The notes under the pieces: model-generated | What the model saw: only the letters and a program-made list of their open reading frames with translations | Database searches by the model: none | Told to the model about the DNA's origin: nothing | Program-made: the position numbers and the translations under genes | In this document: positions 28,916 to 39,795 of the stretch, in pieces | Layout: each line of letters starts with the position of its first letter | How positions within the stretch are numbered: the first letter of the stretch is position 1 | NCBI GenBank assembly: GCA_963668625.2 | Contig: CAXXKA010000006.1 | Location: 224,001-288,000 of the forward strand | Length of the DNA stretch: 64,000 nucleotides | Direction of reading: 5' to 3' | From: an uncultured candidate division Zixibacteria bacterium | Lineage (GTDB): Bacteria; Zixibacteria; MSB-5A5; UBA10806; 4484-95

Positions 28916-29017
28916 TCAGGATGTCGTACCTTCCAGCCTGAGGTATCAGGGCAGAATCATATGTTTTATTATAAAGATAAGGGCATATGCCAGGATGAAA
29001 GCGAAGCGACATCCTGA
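28916..29017. other. Structured intergenic element (ncRNA or REP-like)
   Basis: Perfect 11 bp closing stem TCAGGATGTCG/CGACATCCTGA enclosing inner hairpins. Confidence 0.45.
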
Positions 29018-29175
29018 CACTGAAAAACGACACAAGTATTGCTAAATGTTAAGGGGAATGAACCTGTAACTTCTCTTTTTACGTACAATCTCTGTTTGAG
29101 CGAACCTTTGGCTTGACTTACGCATTAAATATTCAGTAAGCATAGATAGTCGAATAAAACGAGAGGGATTAGGAT

Positions 29176-29916
29176 ATGAAAAAAAGATATTGGTTGTTAC
29201 TTGTTCTCGCGATTGCGGTACTCGGCTCCGGATGCGCCACCCGTCGCCAGGTGGCTGAGGTTCAACTGGATATGGATTACCTGAAAAGCGAACATCAGAA
29301 CCTGAAAACTATGCTTGCGCGTATCGATTCGATGCTGGTTGAAACCGGCGATGGTCAGAAACGTCTTAACGCCGAGTTGAAAATGAGTATGGGAGCCATC
29401 GAGGAGAGAATGCTCCTGGTTGAGCAAAGGCTTGCGGATGCCGGCATGATGGTTAACAATGCCGTTAATGTTATGGAAAGCAATCGCTCCCATAATGCCA
29501 CCCCAGCCGATTCCTCCGACACTACCAGGGTTGAGGGCACCGTCGATCAATTGGAACTGTACAGACTTGCATATTCCGATTTGACCAAGGGTAATTACGA
29601 TCTGGCGATTAAAGGTTTCGAGGAACTGCTCAAGGGGCATGCCAAATCGGCCCTGGCCGACAATGCCGTTTATTGGATAGCCGAGTGCCATTATATCAAG
29701 AAATCGTATGCCAACTCGCAAAGCTGGTACGAGAGGCTGTTGAAAGACTACCCAAAATCGGAACACTTCGCCTCCTCGAAATACAAACTGGGGATGTCGT
29801 TATACAATCAGCGATATATCACCAAGGCTAAACAGTATTTTCAGGATGTGGTTAAGGATTATCCGGGAACCTCCGAGGCCGATAAAGCCGCAGAGATGCT
29901 GGCCCGGTATAAATAA
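29176..29916 (+). CDS. cpoB: Tol-Pal system protein CpoB/YbgF
   Basis: Lipobox GSGC, coiled coil, TPR domain (LADNAVYWIAECHY, YKLG, YPGTSEA); follows pal. Confidence 0.9.
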   Translation: MKKRYWLLLVLAIAVLGSGCATRRQVAEVQLDMDYLKSEHQNLKTMLARIDSMLVETGDGQKRLNAELKMSMGAIEERMLLVEQRLADAGMMVNNAVNVMESNRSHNATPADSSDTTRVEGTVDQLELYRLAYSDLTKGNYDLAIKGFEELLKGHAKSALADNAVYWIAECHYIKKSYANSQSWYERLLKDYPKSEHFASSKYKLGMSLYNQRYITKAKQYFQDVVKDYPGTSEADKAAEMLARYK

Positions 29917-30016
29917 TCGGTTATATTGATAGACTGGACAATTCTGATTTAACTTGAACTTATTTTTCCGATAGATTATATTGGATGCTCGAAATATTGG
30001 ACGAACTTGTCTAACC

Positions 30017-30100
30017 GGAGGATTAGCTCTAATTGGTAAGGCAGCGGTCTTGAAAACCGCCGGCCGAAAGGCCATGGGGGTTCGAATCCCTCATCCTCCG
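30017..30100 (+). tRNA. tRNA-Ser (anticodon UGA); CCA not encoded
   Basis: Acceptor stem GGAGGAT/ATCCTCC, anticodon arm GCGGT-CTTGAAA-ACCGC, long variable arm GGCC-GAAA-GGCC, TTCGAAT loop, discriminator G; promoter TTGAAC-17-TATATT at 29954-29982. Confidence 0.95.
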
Positions 30101-30405
30101 CTTTATTCCCCTAAAGCTTAATATTTTGTATGAAAATAGCCTGCATATCATATTACGGTTATACCGCTTATTTCAATACGATCTCGAGTCTATCATGATA
30201 TATAAAAGCCCGCCTTGATAACCGGTTTTTGTTTTATCATTTTCGCCGTGATGTTCTGGCGCCTGATCAGAATGCATAACAGCGCCAAAGCTTAATAGTG
30301 ATGATCAATCGAATATACTTATTGCCAGTATTTTTTTATCAAAATTATCTGCCATGTATCGGCAGGCTGAAGTTATCCTGTCTCACGCGCTATCATTATC
30401 GTACT

Positions 30406-30451
30406 AAAAAAGCGAACCCACCTCATGGCATCAAGCCTGAGGTGGATTCGT
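30406..30451 (-). terminator. Rho-independent terminator of the RND operon
   Basis: Stem GCGAACCCACCTCA/TGAGGTGGATTCGT with A6 on the left (U-tract on the minus strand). Confidence 0.75.
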
Positions 30452-30472
30452 ATGTTTACGCAGCTATATTCC

Positions 30473-33400
30473 TTAATAATCGAAGCCTTTGAATTTAACC
30501 CTGAAAAATAATGAGTAGAGCAGAGGCACGAAACCGAGCGTAAGAATCGTGGCGAACAACAGCCCGAATATAATAGCCACCGCCATGGTGCTGAAAAGCG
30601 GGCCGCCGCCGAACCAGAGCGGAATCATACCGCCTATTGTCGTGGCGGTCGTCAGGATTATCGGTCGCAACCGTCTTTGCGAGGCCTCGATAATGGCGCG
30701 GTTGGCCTCGAGACCGTTTTCGTCCTGTTCGATTCTGATTCGATCCAGCAGTACGATTGCGTTGTTAATCACGATTCCCGCCAGTGAAATAATTCCCAGG
30801 AAAGTCATGAATCCCAGCGAGCCCCCTGTTATTAGCAGACCGATAAATACGCCGATTAACGCCAACGGAATTGTGGCCAGTATGATTACCGGCCGTCTAA
30901 GGCTGTTAAACTGCGCAACCAGCAAAAACGCTATGATGGCGAAGGCAAAAGGCAGCTTGGCCATAATCGCCTCGTTAGCCTCGACCGAGCTTTCCAATTC
31001 ACCACCGTATTCATATTTATATCCTAAAGGCCAGGATTCGGATAGCTCCTTAACGTACGGATCGATAAGGTTAATTATTTTAATAGCGTTGACTCCCGAT
31101 TCGACATACGATTTGATCGTAACGGTTTTAATCCGATCTCGCCGTATTACTTTGGATGGTTCCCAGGTCACCTCAATATCGGCCACCTGTTTAAGCGGAA
31201 CCGTTCTGCCCGTTGTCTGTGAATAAATATCCAGTGTTTCCAGCTTGTTCAAATCATCGCGATAAGTTTGCTCGGCGCGAAGCGTAATCGGGATTACCTT
31301 GTCATCCTCCCTGAACTGAGTTGTCTCCAACCCTGTAAGGATTGATTGCAGACTAACTGCGATATCCATATTGGTTACGCCGGCGCGCTGGGCACGGGGT
31401 CGGTCTATTTTCACGATCAACTTTTTCTTCCAGATACCCCAGTTATTTTCGATATTTTTGGTGCCCGGAATGCTATCGAGCATCGACTGCACCCGATCAA
31501 CGATATTAAACAGTGTCTCCTGGTCTTTGCCCGATATCCTGATCTGCACGGGAGCTTCAACCGGCGGTCCGTAGTCGAGAGCCTCGAGGATAGTTGTGGC
31601 ATCGGGGAAATGAGCTTGAACGAAGTTCTCCAGCCGGGGAATCAGGCTATCGACTTGCTCTCTCGAGGTAGTGTTGGCAATGATATAAGCCAGCTCCTCT
31701 TTCTGTGGTTCGGGGTTCGCCGAAAGATAAAACCTGGGGCCGCCCTCTCCAATGAACATGGCCCAGTTAACGATACCCGCTTCACGGCTGTCGTCGACCC
31801 GGAGGCTATCGTTTATGAATTTCTCTATGCGGTCAACCATCATGTTGGTTTGTTCTATCGGCGTACCGATAGGCAGGGTGAATGAACCGCGCAGGAAAGC
31901 CCTGTCGGAGGTCGGGAAGAACATCGCCGGAATGAAAGCTGTAAGTTGCATCGCGCCTATGAATATCGCTATTGCCGCCAGCAATGATAGCACCGGTCGT
32001 TTGAGAATCGCTATCAAAAACTTTCTGTAATAATCGTAAAATCCGGTATCGTAAACGCTTTCGCTCACTTTTGATTTCACTTTCATGAAAGTAACGCACA
32101 ATAACGGTGTGAGTGTCAGAGCCAATATCCATGATACCAGCAAGCTGATCGCGACCACCTTAAACAGGTCGGCGGTGTATTCGCCCGTCTCGTTTTCCGC
32201 CAGCACTATCGGCAAAAACGCGGCGGCGGTAGTTAACGATGATGTGAGAAGCGGTATGCGCAGTTCTTTGGCGGACTCGACTGCTGCATCTATCGGCTTT
32301 TTGCCCTCCGATAAACTGACCTGAATCGATTCGGCCATGACTATGGCGTTATCCACCAGCAAGCCCAACGAGATGATCAATGCCGCCAACGAGATGGTAT
32401 TGAGCGTGATATCGAACCAGTTCATGAAAGCGATGGAGATCAATATAACGGTAGGGATTAAAGCCGATACGAGTAATCCGGTTCTGAATCCCAGTGATAT
32501 TAGCATGACCACCATGACGATTAAAATAGCTTGAATCAGGTTAGAGGTGAAATCTTCTATTTTTTTATTAACCTCATCCGGCTGATAAACGATGGTATCG
32601 AACTCGATTCCAATCGGGTAGCTTTCCTGCAGCCTGTCGGTAAGCTGTCTTACCTGATCACCGAGCTTGATTATATTACCGCCCTCGCGCAAAGATATGC
32701 CCAACCCCAGGCAGTTAACACCGGATGATCTCATCATGGAACCGGGCGGATCGATATAGCCTCGGTATATATTCGCTATATCGCCGAGGAATACTACCTC
32801 GTTGCTGCCCGGTATCCTTACGACAGTCTGCTTCAGTTCCTCGAGCGATTCGAAATTGCCGGATGGTTCGAGAATTATTCGTTCGTTACCCGTGCTTATC
32901 TTACCGCCGGGGAATAGGATATTCTGGCTTTCAATAATGTTTTTCAATTGATACGGAGCGATTCCCATATTGGCCAGGCGAGCGTTGCTGTATTCGATAA
33001 ATACCCGCTCCTCCTGAGCGCCATAAATATCCACCTTGGCGGCATCGGGAATTTGTAATAGCTCATCACGCACCTGATCGGCTACATCTTTCAACTCGGC
33101 ATAGCTGTAACCCTCGCCGGTGATAGTTAGCTGCAGACCGAATACATCCCCGAACTCATCATTAACATAAGGTCCAACCACGCCATCGGGAAGCTCGCTG
33201 CGCGCCCGATCGACTTTTCGTCTGAGATTATCCCAAATCGGCCTCATGTTCATCTCATCTTTTTTTACATTTACGTAGATGACCGACATGCCGGTGAAAG
33301 ATTGACTGGTTATGAAATCCACTTCCGGGATTTCCTGAATTACTTTTTCGAGCTTGTCGGTTACCAGATTCTCCACCCGTTCGGGGCCGGCTCCGGGGAA

Positions 33401-33550
33401 AAATGTCTGGATGAAAGCTACCCTGATCGTAAAACCCGGATCCTCCTGTCTTGGCATATGCTGGAAGGCCATGATACCTACCAATACCAACACGATCAGG
33501 GCGACTATAGTAATCCTGTTTTTTTCTATCGCGAATTTCGTTATAGACAT
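30473..33550 (-). CDS. RND efflux transporter permease (AcrB/AcrD/AcrF family)
   Basis: 1025 aa, GLLVDNAIV, GIVINNAIVL, RRLRPI. Confidence 0.95.
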   Translation of the reverse strand: MSITKFAIEKNRITIVALIVLVLVGIMAFQHMPRQEDPGFTIRVAFIQTFFPGAGPERVENLVTDKLEKVIQEIPEVDFITSQSFTGMSVIYVNVKKDEMNMRPIWDNLRRKVDRARSELPDGVVGPYVNDEFGDVFGLQLTITGEGYSYAELKDVADQVRDELLQIPDAAKVDIYGAQEERVFIEYSNARLANMGIAPYQLKNIIESQNILFPGGKISTGNERIILEPSGNFESLEELKQTVVRIPGSNEVVFLGDIANIYRGYIDPPGSMMRSSGVNCLGLGISLREGGNIIKLGDQVRQLTDRLQESYPIGIEFDTIVYQPDEVNKKIEDFTSNLIQAILIVMVVMLISLGFRTGLLVSALIPTVILISIAFMNWFDITLNTISLAALIISLGLLVDNAIVMAESIQVSLSEGKKPIDAAVESAKELRIPLLTSSLTTAAAFLPIVLAENETGEYTADLFKVVAISLLVSWILALTLTPLLCVTFMKVKSKVSESVYDTGFYDYYRKFLIAILKRPVLSLLAAIAIFIGAMQLTAFIPAMFFPTSDRAFLRGSFTLPIGTPIEQTNMMVDRIEKFINDSLRVDDSREAGIVNWAMFIGEGGPRFYLSANPEPQKEELAYIIANTTSREQVDSLIPRLENFVQAHFPDATTILEALDYGPPVEAPVQIRISGKDQETLFNIVDRVQSMLDSIPGTKNIENNWGIWKKKLIVKIDRPRAQRAGVTNMDIAVSLQSILTGLETTQFREDDKVIPITLRAEQTYRDDLNKLETLDIYSQTTGRTVPLKQVADIEVTWEPSKVIRRDRIKTVTIKSYVESGVNAIKIINLIDPYVKELSESWPLGYKYEYGGELESSVEANEAIMAKLPFAFAIIAFLLVAQFNSLRRPVIILATIPLALIGVFIGLLITGGSLGFMTFLGIISLAGIVINNAIVLLDRIRIEQDENGLEANRAIIEASQRRLRPIILTTATTIGGMIPLWFGGGPLFSTMAVAIIFGLLFATILTLGFVPLLYSLFFRVKFKGFDY

Positions 33551-33551
33551 G

Positions 33552-34658
33552 CTATCCCTCCATGTTGCCCGGCAGGCGCACTTTCATACCATCCTTGATT
33601 TTACTTACGCCGGCGGTAATCACCAGGTCGCCGTCCTGAAGTCCCTCGAATATCTCTAAACCTTCGGGAGTTAGCTCACCGACGGTTACCTCTCGTCGCC
33701 TGGCTAGAGCCAGACCATCGCCGGCAGGTTCGGCTATATATACGAATCTACCGCTGCGATCCGCGACGACAGCGACGGAGGGTATGATGAACCTTTCCTT
33801 GCCACCTGAGGCCTCGAATGAGAATGCCGCCTCAGCTATCATACCGGGGAGAATTTCGGGATACGATTTTATCAATTTGATAATTACCGGGAATGCGTTT
33901 GTCATTCTCGAGGCCGATACTCCCACCTCGCTGATATAAGCGGTATAGACTTTACCGGGGATAGCATCGAAAGTTAATGTTACCCTGTCGTTTTTATGTA
34001 TCTGGGAGATGAGTACCTCCGGTATGGCCAGTTCGACCTCGGGTATGGCGCCTGACGATAACTCCACCACGGTTTTACCCTGCGATACGTTTTCGTTTTC
34101 CTCGACGAGTACCCTGGCAATCGCGCCGTTAACGGGGGCGGCCAGTTTGCAATAACCCAGTTGAAGACGGGCTTGTTCCAGGCGGTTATCGATCGAACGT
34201 ACCGCGGCATCAGCCGATTCCGAGGCAGTACGGGCGGCATCGAGATCGTTTACCGAGGCGTTCTGGTTTTCATATAATCCCTTGGTGCGTTCGTAGTTCG
34301 ACTCCGCATTACGAGCCTGTGCCAGGGCTTGCTCCAGAGATGCCTCGGCCTCCTGGAACCTGAGCCTGTAATCTTTGGTGTCGAGTTCGGCGATGAGCTG
34401 TCCCGTTTTTACTTTATCACCTACGTTGACATGCACTCTGTTAACGGTACCGGATACTTTGAAACTCAAATTCGTTTCCACTCCGGCTTTGGCCGCGCCT
34501 GAAAAAACGCGCACCCTGTCGGCACCGGTGGAGTAGACCTCCGTGTAACGTACCGGCCTTATTTTTTCCTCGGCTTGTTGCTCCTTAGAACTGCAGTTTA
34601 AAACAACCATCCCGAGAATAATAGTAATTCCAACTTTGAAAAACTGTATCGTTATCAT
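33552..34658 (-). CDS. RND periplasmic adaptor (membrane fusion) lipoprotein
   Basis: Probable lipoprotein Cys (VLNC), LSFKVSG, alpha-hairpin, LAAPVNG, GLQDGDLVITAG. Confidence 0.93.
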   Translation of the reverse strand: MITIQFFKVGITIILGMVVLNCSSKEQQAEEKIRPVRYTEVYSTGADRVRVFSGAAKAGVETNLSFKVSGTVNRVHVNVGDKVKTGQLIAELDTKDYRLRFQEAEASLEQALAQARNAESNYERTKGLYENQNASVNDLDAARTASESADAAVRSIDNRLEQARLQLGYCKLAAPVNGAIARVLVEENENVSQGKTVVELSSGAIPEVELAIPEVLISQIHKNDRVTLTFDAIPGKVYTAYISEVGVSASRMTNAFPVIIKLIKSYPEILPGMIAEAAFSFEASGGKERFIIPSVAVVADRSGRFVYIAEPAGDGLALARRREVTVGELTPEGLEIFEGLQDGDLVITAGVSKIKDGMKVRLPGNMEG

Positions 34659-34691
34659 AAACTGACCTCCCGCTTCATTTATATGATTTCA

Positions 34692-37085
34692 TTAATTATC
34701 ATTCGAAAGCTCGTCGTACCTCTGGTCGAGCCTGTTTAAAAAATCCTCTTTATCTTTATCTTGCATCGTCAAATCGAATTTGCCCACGGCTCGCTGGACA
34801 TTCATGTAGTCATCCAGGAAATCATAAACAGCATTGGCCGCCAGAAGACTCGAGACAAGCGAGGCGTTTTGAGCATCGATCAAATCCAGTATCGAGGCCT
34901 CGCCACGCGAATAAGCATCCAGTACCAGGTCTAAAGTTTTATCTGCCGCCTCGGACGCCATTCGGGTTTGATGGATAGCCGCGTAAGAGGCGCCCATCAG
35001 GTGAAGAGCTGAGCGGATTCGTTGCTCTACCTTCTCGACAACCGATTCTCGCTGGTATTCCAGCATCTTGAGCTCATCTGATTTTTGAATCATATTGGAT
35101 ATTTTCGCACCTCCCGAGAAGATGGGCAATGAGGCGTTGATCGCTAAGCTCCAATTGGTGTCATCGGCTTTGGGTAAATCAAACGGTAATGCCGAGGCCC
35201 CGTTGGTTCCCGCTCCCCCCTCGTGAAGCTGTTCGGTGTAATCGGCTTTAAGCGCCAGCGTCGGCATCCACATGGAATTGCGGGATGAGTATAAAGCGCG
35301 TTTCCGAGCCTCCAGGGCGGCGTTTATCGCAGCCAACTCCATGGAGTTATTCTGACTTTCCTCTACCATGAATTCCCTGAATACTTTGAATGACCAGGGA
35401 TTTTCCAGGTACTGGACGAATCGCCTGTCGGCTATGAATAGCTCAGGGTTATTCAAGCTGATATCGGAGATAGTGAACTGCTCCTCGCTGGGTCGGTTCA
35501 ATATTCTGTTCAAGGCTATCTCCGCCAGGTTGCGGTAAGCGTTAGCCTCGATAACCGAGTTACGGCTGGTTGCTATCTGGTTTTCCCAACGATAGACCTC
35601 GCCTGGCCCGGAGGCACCGATCGATTGTCTGATTTTAGCCAGTTCATAATTCGAGCGTGTGCGTTTAAGATTATCTCCCTGAATTCGTTCGTAGGTTTTC
35701 GCTTTAAGAAGATCGAGGTACGTTGTTACTGTTTCTAAAGTGATATCGAGAACGTATTTTTGATGTTCATATTCACGGGATTTTTGAAGGTTGCCCTGTA
35801 TGGAATAATTTGCCCAGGCGGGTTCGGAGAAAATTAACATTGATGCCGAAGCCGTACCTGCGATAGATTCCTCGGTTGCCGAACCGAGACTGGCCTCGGC
35901 ACGATCCTCGTCTATTAATGTTCCTAAAGCTGATACCTCGAGTTGCGGCAGCAGGTTGGCACGCGCCTTTATCCTGTTTTGTCCGGCCGCCTCCACATCT
36001 TTAGAGGAGGCCAACAAGTCACGGTTCGACCTGATTGCTTCATCCACGGCGCTTTCGATCGTGACCACGCGTTCGATATCCTCCCGGGAGACATCAATTA
36101 GTTGGGCCTCGGTCAGGATGCTCCAACTCGGGTATTTATTTATACTCCGGGCGGTGGACATGTTGATTATCAACCGTTCGAATCTCGATATATTCACGGG
36201 TATGTTCTCGGGCTTTTCACCCAGCAATATGCTCTGTATATTCAGCGCTGTTCTGCGGGATATCCTATTGTAGTATTTGTTGCTGGTTAGGGCCGCCATC
36301 GCGCCACGCCTGATATCCATTTCGCCCATGAGAGAAAACGTCGGCAGCTTCCGCGAGATGAAACCATCCATTAGGCGTCTGAACTCGGTATCATCGAATT
36401 GAGGTAGAAAACCGAAATAAACAGCATCGGTGCCTTCGGGGATCGAGGCGAGGACATCCTCAACCGTCTTCCCGGATGGAATGAAATTGAAGCCGGCATT
36501 GATGCTTTCGAACCACTTGCGAACTCTCGCTGATTTATTGTTCTTTACCAGGTCGTAAAAAGGTTCGTTGACTATTATAAGTAATTTTTCGAATGGATAT
36601 ATTTCATGGAACGCCTGCAATTCGCCAACCAGATGATCGGGAGGAGCTATATAGCTTAAGTTTTTTATGGCGCTATGACCTTTTTGGGCGGGAATATCCT
36701 GTGCTATCTCATCGATGATAAAAGGCGCTATGACAGGTTTGGGCAGATCACCTTTACCCGATGCCAGATGCGAGGCCAATACGCCTCCGGTAATGATGAT
36801 ATCCACCTCTTTATCGGCCAGCAGCCGATCCAGTCCCTCATCGATCGATTCAACCGACCAATCTCCCACTATGGTTTTATCCACGGGGAATCTTATATCG
36901 AATTCGCCTGCCGTTAAATCCAAAATCTCCTTTTTAAACTGGTTGAGGAACTGGTCGTTAATCTCCCAGGGACCATCCACTATCATTCCGATATTAACCG
37001 GCCGATCCTTATAGTCTACAGCTCCGGCTATGGAGCAAATCAGCAAAAGAATTGTTAACAATATAACCAGTGTTTTTTTTTGCAT
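34692..37085 (-). CDS. TolC-family outer-membrane factor with N-terminal ABC-type substrate-binding domain
   Basis: N-terminal ~330 aa with ILLGEKPENIPV..LIINMSTARSI (ABC substrate-binding type); C-terminal two OEP repeats (LLPQL, WMPTL, LPIFSGG, ASILDLIDAQ). Confidence 0.85.
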   Translation of the reverse strand: MQKKTLVILLTILLLICSIAGAVDYKDRPVNIGMIVDGPWEINDQFLNQFKKEILDLTAGEFDIRFPVDKTIVGDWSVESIDEGLDRLLADKEVDIIITGGVLASHLASGKGDLPKPVIAPFIIDEIAQDIPAQKGHSAIKNLSYIAPPDHLVGELQAFHEIYPFEKLLIIVNEPFYDLVKNNKSARVRKWFESINAGFNFIPSGKTVEDVLASIPEGTDAVYFGFLPQFDDTEFRRLMDGFISRKLPTFSLMGEMDIRRGAMAALTSNKYYNRISRRTALNIQSILLGEKPENIPVNISRFERLIINMSTARSINKYPSWSILTEAQLIDVSREDIERVVTIESAVDEAIRSNRDLLASSKDVEAAGQNRIKARANLLPQLEVSALGTLIDEDRAEASLGSATEESIAGTASASMLIFSEPAWANYSIQGNLQKSREYEHQKYVLDITLETVTTYLDLLKAKTYERIQGDNLKRTRSNYELAKIRQSIGASGPGEVYRWENQIATSRNSVIEANAYRNLAEIALNRILNRPSEEQFTISDISLNNPELFIADRRFVQYLENPWSFKVFREFMVEESQNNSMELAAINAALEARKRALYSSRNSMWMPTLALKADYTEQLHEGGAGTNGASALPFDLPKADDTNWSLAINASLPIFSGGAKISNMIQKSDELKMLEYQRESVVEKVEQRIRSALHLMGASYAAIHQTRMASEAADKTLDLVLDAYSRGEASILDLIDAQNASLVSSLLAANAVYDFLDDYMNVQRAVGKFDLTMQDKDKEDFLNRLDQRYDELSNDN

Positions 37086-37353
37086 CTATTTCTCCCGATT
37101 TTATCTGTTAGTGCAACGGTATCTATATGACCATTGATGATTAAAATTACTAGAAATCCGTTATCGATTTACTATTGTTTCGTAAAACTCCGGTTTGAAT
37201 ACTAATTCAATTTCCAGTTGTATTCAACAACAAATTAAATGTTTCCGAAAATACTAAAATCATTGACTCGGCAAAGAATATATATATATTCTTCGTGTAT
37301 CAGCAATATGCTGCATCGTTTATTATAATAAACATAAGAGTGAGGTGTGTATT

Positions 37354-38985
37354 ATGAGTAGTAAAGTTCTAATGATAGTCCTTGTAGTATTAACTTGCCT
37401 GGTAACGGTATACGCGCAGTTACCGTCAGAATTCGATTTGAGGGATTACGGTGGAAACAACTACGTAACCTCGGTGAAGAGTCAATCCGGTGGTACCTGC
37501 TGGACACATGGGGCAATGGCCTCCATGGAGAGTAACCTTCTGATGACGGGCAATTGGGCCGCCATTGGAGAAACGGGCGAACCCAATCTTGCCGAGTATC
37601 ATCTGGATTGGTGGAATGGTTTTAACGAACATAATAATGATGATATCGATCCGCCCGACGGCAGCGGTCTGGATGTTCACCAGGGCGGAGATTACCGGGT
37701 TACCTCAGCATATCTTTCCCGAGGAGAGGGCGCGGTCAGGGATATCGACGGTCAATCGTATAGCACTCCACCGTTACGATATGATTCAGGCTATCACTAT
37801 TTCTATCCCAATAATATCGAATGGTATTCTTTGGGCGACAGTTTAGACGGTATCGAGCTGATAAAAACGAAACTGATGGAGTATGGCGCGATTGGGACAT
37901 GTATGTGCTATAACGGTTCTTTTATCTCCAACTACGTTCATTATCAACCGCCCTCCAGTGAACTCGATCCGAATCACGCGGTTACGATAGTCGGCTGGGA
38001 TGATGAATTCGTAACTCAAGCTCCATTGCCCGGGGCCTGGAAAGTGAAAAATAGCTGGGGTAGCGGTTGGGGGTACGACGGCTATTTCTGGATATCGTAT
38101 TACGATAAACATTGTTGCCGAAACCCGGAGATGGGAGCCATATCGTTTCAGGATGTCGAACTCATGCCATACGATAATGTTTACTATCACGATTACCACG
38201 GTTGGCGCGATACCAAAACCGATTGCAGCGAGGCGTTCAACGCTTTTGTCGCAAACGGTGATGAGTGTATAACCGCGGTCAGTTTCTTTACCGCCGCCGA
38301 TAGTGTTACGTATACAATCAAGATTTATGATACATTCGAGGACAGGCAGCTTCAAGATGAGCTTACCTCGCAATCGGGATTCGAAAATCATAGCGGATTG
38401 CACACCATCGTATTGGATTCGTCGGTATTGGTGACAGAAGGCAATGGTTTCTATGTTTATGTCGACCTTTCGCTGGGCGGTCAACCTTTCGATAGAACCT
38501 CTGATGTGCCGGTACTGCTGGGTGCGCATTATCGCACTATAGTCGAATCATCGGCTGACCGGTTCGAGAGTTATTATAAGGATGGCGGCGTATGGTTCGA
38601 TTTCTATGGCTGGAATGGAGATTCAACCGGTAACTTCTGTATCAAGGCGCTTTCCGTTGATTCTCAAACAATTGAAAATTACGATTACCTACCCGGTGAT
38701 TGCAATATGGCTGGGAGTGTCTGGCCGCCAGTTATAAGTGGCGCGGATGTCACCTATTTAGTGAACTATTTCCGGGGATTGCAGCCTGGATGCTTGTTAG
38801 GAGGATTCTACGCAGCCGCCGATATCAATAGTGATTGCTCCGTTATCGGTTCGGATGTTACCTGCTTGGTGAATTATTTCCGGGGTATGCATGTGATAAC
38901 CTATTGTCCTGATTATGTGCCTAACTGGCCAACCCCAGAGGATTGCCCCGCGAATATGCCGGCGGTTTGGCCTGATTGTGAATAA
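37354..38985 (+). CDS. Secreted C1A (papain-family) cysteine peptidase with lectin-like domain and C-terminal dockerin
   Basis: [31 protein letters not shown]; dockerin repeats [17 protein letters not shown] and [20 protein letters not shown]. Confidence 0.9.
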   Translation: MSSKVLMIVLVVLTCLVTVYAQLPSEFDLRDYGGNNYVTSVKSQSGGTCWTHGAMASMESNLLMTGNWAAIGETGEPNLAEYHLDWWNGFNEHNNDDIDPPDGSGLDVHQGGDYRVTSAYLSRGEGAVRDIDGQSYSTPPLRYDSGYHYFYPNNIEWYSLGDSLDGIELIKTKLMEYGAIGTCMCYNGSFISNYVHYQPPSSELDPNHAVTIVGWDDEFVTQAPLPGAWKVKNSWGSGWGYDGYFWISYYDKHCCRNPEMGAISFQDVELMPYDNVYYHDYHGWRDTKTDCSEAFNAFVANGDECITAVSFFTAADSVTYTIKIYDTFEDRQLQDELTSQSGFENHSGLHTIVLDSSVLVTEGNGFYVYVDLSLGGQPFDRTSDVPVLLGAHYRTIVESSADRFESYYKDGGVWFDFYGWNGDSTGNFCIKALSVDSQTIENYDYLPGDCNMAGSVWPPVISGADVTYLVNYFRGLQPGCLLGGFYAAADINSDCSVIGSDVTCLVNYFRGMHVITYCPDYVPNWPTPEDCPANMPAVWPDCE

Positions 38986-39296
38986 CAAGGATTTCGCAGT
39001 TCAGGGTGATATAGCGATATAATGAAGTTTTTATATTTCCGATAAGTGCCGGGTCTTTTTATTCAATATTATAATCCGCGATGGATCTATTTCTGCATCC
39101 TTAAAAAGGATATAATGTTAGCCTGGAAGGCGGCAATCCTCGATATAGGTTACAGAGTTACTGTATCTGAAAAACAGTTGACATGGTGATCGGTTATAGT
39201 TATTAATTATGTACTGACAGCACTCATCAGTGATATTCATCATAGCCTGCTGCATTTTTTTGTATACATCATCTATGAACCTACAAAGAGGTGCCT

Positions 39297-39791
39297 ATGA
39301 GCGATGCCCAGCTTAAGCCAACCCCCGAATCCGGCGAGATTAATTTCGCCTTTCGGGAAAAGTTAAACAGTGTCGCCGAGGGATTCCGCCACAATTATTG
39401 CTACCAATGTGGCGCCTGTGTGGCTGACTGTCCCGCCTGCATTTATTCGGGCGAGTTCAATCCGAGGCTTATCATCCTGAAAGCGCTACTGGGTTTCGAG
39501 GATGAGCTTATCAGTAAAGATTCAGAAATCTGGAACTGCACCAACTGCTATACCTGCTCCGAGCGTTGCCCGCAAGAGGTGCGGCCTGTTGACGTGATAA
39601 TCGCCATGAAAAATATCTGCGTAGCCGAGGGGAAGGCGCCCGATCTGGTTATGAATATTTCGAACACGGTGCTCTCCGACGGTATTACCACTCGAGTCAC
39701 CTCGGTAACCGAGCGCCGCCGCAATGAACTCGGCTTGAAGCCTGTGCGCAAAGCTCCCGTGGATGAAATAAACAAGTTGTTCGAGGATTAA
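39297..39791 (+). CDS. hdrC: Heterodisulfide reductase subunit C-like 2x[4Fe-4S] protein
   Basis: CYQCGACVADCP and CTNCYTCSERCP; directly upstream of hdrB. Confidence 0.88.
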   Translation: MSDAQLKPTPESGEINFAFREKLNSVAEGFRHNYCYQCGACVADCPACIYSGEFNPRLIILKALLGFEDELISKDSEIWNCTNCYTCSERCPQEVRPVDVIIAMKNICVAEGKAPDLVMNISNTVLSDGITTRVTSVTERRRNELGLKPVRKAPVDEINKLFED

Positions 39792-39795
39792 TATT

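Noticed and set aside
30017-30100. tRNA-Sec
   Set aside because: The anticodon is UGA (reads Ser UCA), not UCA, and the acceptor stem is the normal 7 bp.
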